DNA from: an uncultured Candidatus Rokubacteria bacterium
Lineage (GTDB): Bacteria; Methylomirabilota; Methylomirabilia; Rokubacteriales; DASRDR01
Length of the DNA: 64,000 nucleotides
NCBI GenBank assembly: GCA_963805625.1
Contig: CAWDVE010000013.1
Span: 96,001-160,000, forward strand
Direction: 5' to 3'
Shown piece after piece: positions 58,414 to 64,000 of the stretch. The translations under genes were made by a program, and so were the position numbers. Each line of letters begins with the position of its first letter. Position 1 is the first letter of the stretch. The notes beneath the pieces were generated by a model. The model saw only the letters and a list, made by a program, of their open reading frames with translations, ran no database searches and had not been told where the DNA came from.

Positions 58414-58563
58414 TGCGGCAGTTACCGTCCGAAGCCCGGCTCGGGGCGGGTGCCGTCAGGTGCTGTCCTTGACACGGTCCGAGCCGGCCGCGCACCATCG
58501 AGGCCGAGCGGGTCGGAGCTGCCTTCGTCCGTCAACCACTCTGAACGACCGAGAAGGGGCTGC

Positions 58564-58641
58564 ATGGCGACTACTCGCCGAGCCGGAGATCGTCTGGGCC
58601 GAGCTCAAGTTCTTGACCGAGGGCCCGCGACTGGCGTCCCG
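58564..58641 (+). pseudogene. Possible 5' remnant of an SMP-30/gluconolactonase gene
   Basis: LAEPEIVWAELKFLTEGP/WRP resembles the family FTEGPxW motif. It is very short and frameshifted. Confidence 0.3.
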
Positions 58642-58667
58642 CCAACTCTGGAGATAGGAGACTCGTC

Positions 58668-59636
58668 ATGCTCGTGCGCAAGCTGGGTCGCACCGGGCTC
58701 AAGGTGTCCGCGCTGTGCCTGGGCGGCAACACGTTCGGGTGGACCACCGACCAGAAGGCGTCCGAGGCGGTGCTGGATGCCTACGTCGAGGCGGGCGGCA
58801 ACTTCATCGACACCGCCGACGTCTACTCCCGCTGGGCGCCCGGCAACAAAGGCGGGGAGTCGGAGATTGCACTCGGCATCTGGCTGGCCGCGCGCAAGCA
58901 CCGCGCGAGCGTGCTGATCGCCACCAAGGTCTGTGGGCCGATGGGGCCGGGCCCGAACGACGCCGGCCTCTCGCGCACCCACATCATGGAGGGCGTGGAG
59001 GCGTCACTCCGGCGGTTGCAGACCGACTATGTCGATCTCTATCAGGCCCACTGGGACGACAAGGAGACGCCGCTCGAGGAGACGCTGCGCGCCTTCGACG
59101 ACCTGGTGGGCCAGGGCAAGGTGCGCTACATCGGCGCGTCGAACTATCCCGCCTGGCGACTCACCCGCGCGCTCTGGGAGAGCCAGCGCCACGGGTACGC
59201 GCGCTACGAGTGCTTGCAGCCTAAGTACAACCTGGTGATTCGCGACGAGTACGAGCGCGAGCTCGAGCCCCTCTGCCTCGAGCAGGGGGTGGGCGTGATC
59301 CCATACTCGTCGCTCGCGAGCGGCTTCCTTACGGGCAAGTACCGCTCGGGCGAGGCGCTGCCCAAGACGGCCCGGGCCGGCGGCGTGGAAAAGACCTACA
59401 TGAACGAGCGAGGGTTCCGGGTGCTAGCCGCGATCGAGAAGGTGGCGGCGGCCGGCAACGCCACCCCCGCGCAGGTGTCGCTCTCGTGGCTCGCGCACCG
59501 GCCGGGGATCACTGCGCCGATCGCGAGCGCGACGACGGTGGCGCAGCTCAAGGAGCTCGTGGGCGGCATCGAGCTTCGGCTGGATTCGGAGGCGACCGCC
59601 GCGCTCGACCAGGCGAGCGCCTGGCGTGACGCGTAG
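58668..59636 (+). CDS. Aldo/keto reductase
   Basis: LCLGG, FIDTADVY, IATKV, DYVDLYQAH and GKVRYIGASN motifs. Confidence 0.95.
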   Translation: MLVRKLGRTGLKVSALCLGGNTFGWTTDQKASEAVLDAYVEAGGNFIDTADVYSRWAPGNKGGESEIALGIWLAARKHRASVLIATKVCGPMGPGPNDAGLSRTHIMEGVEASLRRLQTDYVDLYQAHWDDKETPLEETLRAFDDLVGQGKVRYIGASNYPAWRLTRALWESQRHGYARYECLQPKYNLVIRDEYERELEPLCLEQGVGVIPYSSLASGFLTGKYRSGEALPKTARAGGVEKTYMNERGFRVLAAIEKVAAAGNATPAQVSLSWLAHRPGITAPIASATTVAQLKELVGGIELRLDSEATAALDQASAWRDA

Positions 59637-59639
59637 CGC

Positions 59640-62600
59640 GTGACCTGCTCGGACTGCGGCCAGGCAAATCCGGAGGCCGCCCAGTTCTGCGGTGGCTGCG
59701 GCGCGCGGCTCGCCGCGGTCTGCCCAGCGTGCCAGACGTCCAACCCGCCCGGTAACCGATTCTGTCACCAGTGCGGCGGGCCGCTCGCGTCGAAGGCAGC
59801 AGCCGAGCACACGGCCCCCGCCGATCAGTTCGCCTCACCGAGCGCCTACACGCCGAAGCACCTGGCCGAGAAGATCCTCACCACCGCCGGCGCGCTCAAG
59901 GGCGAGCGCAAGCAGGTGACGGTGCTCTTCGTGGACATCTCCGGGTTCACGTCCCTCTCCGGCCGGCCTCGACCCCGAGGAAGTCCATCGGCTCATGAGC
60001 CGGGCCTTCGATCTCATGCTGGCCGAGGTGCACCGCTACGAGGGCACCGTCAACCAGTTCCTCGGTGATGGCATCATGGCGCTCTTCGGGGCGCCCATCG
60101 CGCACGAGGACCACGCGCGCCGGGCCGTCCACGCCGCGCTCGGCATCGCCCGCGCGCTCGACGCCTACCAGGCCGAGCTGCGGCCGCGCGGCATCACCTT
60201 CCGCGCCCGCCAGGGCCTCAATACCGGCCTCGTGGTGGTGGGCAGCATCGGCAGCGACCTGCGCATGGACTACACCGCGGTCGGCGATACCACCAACGTG
60301 GCGGCACGCATGCAGCAGGTGGGCGAGCCGGGACGGGTGACGATCTCGGAGGCGACCCACCGGCTCGTGCACGACTACTTCGAGACGCGCGCGCTGGGCG
60401 AGAAGGATCTGAAGGGCAAGGCCGAGCCGGTACGGGTCTGGGAAGTGGTGGCCGCCCGCGAGACGCGCACGCGACTCGACGTGCTCGCGGAGCACGGGCT
60501 CACGCCGCTGGTGGGGCGCGAGCGTGAGCTGGGCCAGCTGCTCGACGCCTTCGTCCGCGCCCAGTCCGGCGAGGGCCAGGTGGTATTCGTCGTCGGCGAG
60601 CCGGGCATCGGGAAGTCGCGGCTGCTTCTCGAGCTGCACCGCCGGATCGACGGCGCCTCCGCCTGGCACGAAGGCCATTGCCTCTCGTTCGGGAAGGCCA
60701 TGGCCTTTCATCCGCTGGTCGACCTGATCCGGCGCTGGTTCGGCGTCGAGGAGAGCGACGGCGAAGCGGCCATCGCCGCGAAGCTCGAGCGAGAGGTCGC
60801 GGAGCTCGGCGCCGACCTCGGGCCCATCACGCCGTACCTCCGGTCCTTACTGTCCGTCGACCCAGGCAATGACGGCGTACGAGCCATGAGCCCTGCAGAG
60901 CGCCGCGGCGAGATCTTCGAGGCCCTTCGGCGCCTTCTCGTCCACGCCGCCGAGCGTCGATCCCAGATCCTGGTCATCGAGGATCTGCACTGGATCGACA
61001 GCGCGAGCGAGCAGTTCCTCGCGACGCTGGTGGACAGCGTACCGGCGGTCCGGGTGGTTCTCGTCTTCACCTATCGGCCGGGATACTCGAATCCGTTCGG
61101 CGATCGCAGCTACTTCACCCGCATCGTCCCCGCGCCGCTGTCGGCCGACGACAGCGCACGCATGGCGGCGGCCGTCCTCGACACCGAAGTCCTGCCCGAC
61201 GGGCTGCGCGCGCTGGTCGCGACCAAGGCCGAGGGCAATCCGTTCTACGTCGAGGAGCTGGTCAAGTCACTGGAGGAAGGCGGCGCCCTGCGGCGGGCGA
61301 ACGGCCGGCTCGACCTGGCCCGACCGGTGGCCGAGATCGACATTCCCACCACCATCCAGGACGTGATCGCCGCGCGCATCGACCGGCTGCCGGAGGCGCC
61401 CAAGCGGACGCTCCAGCTCGCGTCGGTGATCGGACGGGAGTTCACCCGGCGCCTCGTGGACCGCCTCGCCGGGATCCGGGAGAGGACCGAGGACTTCCTC
61501 CGCGAGCTCACCGCGCTCGAGCTGATCCACGAGCGCCGGCGCTTCCCCGAGCTGGCGTACATGTTCAAGCACGCGTTGACCCAGGACGTGACCTACGCCT
61601 CCCTCCTCGTGCAGCGACGCATGGAGCTCCACGGACTCATCGGGCGGGCCATCGAGGAGCTGTACGCGGATCGACTCCCCGAGCACTTCGAGATGCTCGC
61701 CCACCACTTCTCGCGTGCCGAGAACTGGGAGCGTGCGCTCGACTACCTGCTCAAGGCCGCCGGGAAGGCGACCCAGGCGTTCGGCCTGCGCCAGGCCCTC
61801 GAGCTGTACACCGAGGCGCTCGTGGTTGCGGACCGGTGGCGCGAGCCGGTGCCCGCGGCCACGCTCATGGCGATTCATCGCGCGCGCGCCGAACTCTTCT
61901 TCGGCGTCGGCGACTTCGTCCGGTCGCGCGAGGCGGCCGAGGCCCTGCTGGACCTCGCCCGCCGGATCGGAGATCGCGCGGCGGAGGCGGGCGCCTTGGT
62001 GCAGATCGCCTCGGCTCTGCAGTGGGCCGAGGACTTCCCGCCCGCGTTCGAGCGTGTGCAAGAGGCGATCGAGATCGCCGAAGCCGTCGGAGCTCAGGCG
62101 CCCTTGGGCTTCGCCTTGTACACCCGCGGCTATCTGCATGCCCTCAACGCGCGACTCGATGCCGCCGAGGCCGACGTCAGCCGCGCGCTGGAGATCGGGC
62201 GGGCGGTCGGCGATCCCAATCGCCAGGCGCTGGCCTTGCATTTCCTCGCGCTGCGCCGGAGCTGGCAAGGGGAGTACCGGCCCAGTCTCGAGCGCGGAGA
62301 CGAGGGAGTCCGGATCGCACGGGAGCATCGCCTCGTCATTCCGCTGCTCCGATGCCTGTGGAATCAGGGATTGGCATACAACGATCTGGGGGACTATGAC
62401 CGGGCACTGGCGGCCCTCGACGAGGGGCTGGCGCTCGCGGAGAAGATCGGCGACGACGCCTACATCCCGCGGTTCCTCAACACGGTCGGCTGGCTGCGCA
62501 TCGAGTGCGGTGACTATGCGAGGGGTGTCGAGCTGTCGCAGCAATCATACGAGGTCACGGAGCGCTCTTCCCGGGCCGGACACGGCACCGGCGCCGAACG

Positions 62601-63168
62601 CCGCGCGTTCATTCGCAACAATCAGGCCGAGGCCTGGATGGCGCAGGGGGATCTCCCCGCGGCAGCCGAGGCCCTGGACGAGGCGCATCACGTTGTCTCC
62701 CATCCGCCGCCATCGCGCTGGATGACCTGGCGGTACTCGACGCACTGCTACGCGAGCCTGGGCCAGCTCGCGCTCCTCCAGGGTGATCCCGAGCGAGCCC
62801 GGCGGCTCGCCGACCAGAGCCTCGAGATCGGCGTGCCGACCCGGTCGCGGAAGTTCGAGGCCTGGGCGTGGCGTATCAAGGGGGAGAGCGCCACCGCCCG
62901 CCACGCCTGGGACGAGGCGGACGAAGCGCTGAGGCGCGCACTCGCGGTCGCGGAGGCGATCGGCCAGCCACGCCAGACCTGGCTGAGTCACGTCGCGCTC
63001 GGGCGCCTCAACGCGGCGCGAGGCCGGCGGGACGATGCGCTCGGGCGCTACCGCGAAGGCTGGGCTATCCTCGCCCGACTACGCACGGCGACCCGGGATC
63101 CCGGCCTCCGGGCGGGGCTCGAATCGTCGCCTCTCATTCGTGAAGTCGAGGATCTGGCCAGGAGGTGA
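59640..63168 (+). pseudogene. Double zinc ribbon / class III cyclase / AAA ATPase / TPR protein with a +1 frameshift near 59965
   Basis: CSDC..CGGC..CPAC..CHQC, GERKQVTVLFVDISGFT, then in another frame LDPEE..QFLGDG, GDTTNVAAR, GEPGIGKS and IEDLHW. Confidence 0.85.
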
Positions 63169-63468
63169 CGCTGCCTGTCGAATTCGGCGTGCTGATTCCC
63201 GAGCGCACTCGTCCGTCCGCCTGAATCCACCATCCCCGCCGGGCAGTCCTCCCGCCGAACGTCATCATGCGGGCCCGACACCCCTCCCTCGCTGCCCTAT
63301 CTACAAAGAGACGACCTGGAAACCCGCGCCTTGAGCAACGGCACTACGCCCGCGCGGGCGAGCTCTCGCCCAGACGTACCCGGGCCCTCTCCGGCCGGGC
63401 GCCACGTCAGGCGTGGCACCCGCGGCCGCGGTAACGTCGGGGGCCCGGACCCGGAGTAGGATGTCCCC

Positions 63469-63903
63469 ATGCTGAAGGGCCTCGATCCTCTGCTCGGCCC
63501 CGACCTGCTTCACATCCTCGCGGCCATGGGCCACGGGGACGAGCTGGTGATCGCCGACGCCAACTTTCCCGCGACGAGCATCGCCCGGCGCCTCGTCCGG
63601 CTGGACGGCGTCGACGCGCCCCGCGCGCTTCGCGCCGTCCTCTCGGTCCTGCCGGTCGATACCTTCACGCCGACACCGGCCGCGGTGATGGCCGTCGTCG
63701 GCGACCCCGACGCGGTCCCGCCGCCGGTCCGGGCCTTCCAGCCCATCGTCGACGCCGCCGCTGGCCGACCCGTGCGCTTCGAGGTGCTGGAGCGCTTCGC
63801 CTTCTACGAGCGGGCGCGGGCTGCGTTCGCGGTGGTCGTCACTGGCGAACCCCGACCCTACGGCAATATTCTCGTGGTCAAGGGCGTCGTGTCCGCTGGC
63901 TGA
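63469..63903 (+). CDS. RbsD/FucU family sugar mutarotase
   Basis: MLKG, MGHGDELVIADANFP, ERFAFYERA and TGE.RPYGN...KG motifs. Confidence 0.93.
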   Translation: MLKGLDPLLGPDLLHILAAMGHGDELVIADANFPATSIARRLVRLDGVDAPRALRAVLSVLPVDTFTPTPAAVMAVVGDPDAVPPPVRAFQPIVDAAAGRPVRFEVLERFAFYERARAAFAVVVTGEPRPYGNILVVKGVVSAG

Positions 63904-64000
63904 GCCCCCCCGCCCGGCGCTCGAGCCCGCCCCGACGCGCCCGCTCTGCCGCACGGCGCGGGGCGACCGGCCCTCTACGGCACGCTCGATCTACCCGGAG

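Noticed and set aside
59955-59975. Programmed frameshift in the cyclase gene
   Set aside because: No slippery heptamer or homopolymer run is present. Mutation or sequencing error is simpler.
72-62544. Many long alternative ORFs (for example 72-1205, 12690-14288, 30845-33694, 38909-40867, 54473-56920, 61267-62544)
   Set aside because: These are antisense or off-frame shadows of recognised genes. They are Arg/Pro/Gly-rich with no family motifs, as expected at very high GC.
63169-63468. Possible small ORF or ncRNA between the cyclase and FucU genes
   Set aside because: Only short hairpins and no recognisable coding motif were seen, which is not enough evidence.
1-64000. CRISPR array, tRNA, rRNA, transposase or integrase
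   Set aside because: No regularly spaced repeats, cloverleaf or rRNA-like sequence, or DDE / tyrosine / serine recombinase motifs were recognised. A covariance-model scan would be needed to exclude small RNAs.

Overview
Very GC-rich bacterial chromosomal window. The gene repertoire (Dpp/Opp-type ABC parts, an ABC_sub_bind-type binding protein, cyclase-AAA-TPR proteins, LLM oxidoreductase) resembles Candidatus Rokubacteria, which is an inference only. About 60 CDS are supported, mostly accessory catabolic and housekeeping enzymes. They include two peptide-type ABC clusters without ATPase genes, a co-oriented OYE / FAD oxidoreductase / dehydrogenase / M24 / cobalt nitrile hydratase run, two type II TA pairs, DNA polymerase II, an HBD-RNase H1 and a YcbB/YcbK cell-wall pair. 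I saw no rRNA, tRNA, CRISPR array, transposase or integrase. The most notable signals are: (1) a nitrile hydratase operon split by a 3.3 kb TA plus decayed STAND-cyclase insert bounded by an 8-bp direct repeat; (2) a possible uncharacterised nitrogen-compound catabolic operon with a degenerate M24 enzyme and a triple-hairpin intergenic element; (3) many gene remnants that keep both ends but lack the middle, including leuC and leuD remnants flanking an intact methyltransferase; (4) a Pol II with a motif-B Tyr-to-Phe change. None of these proves a new system from sequence alone. Most long ORFs in the track are antisense or off-frame shadows caused by high GC.
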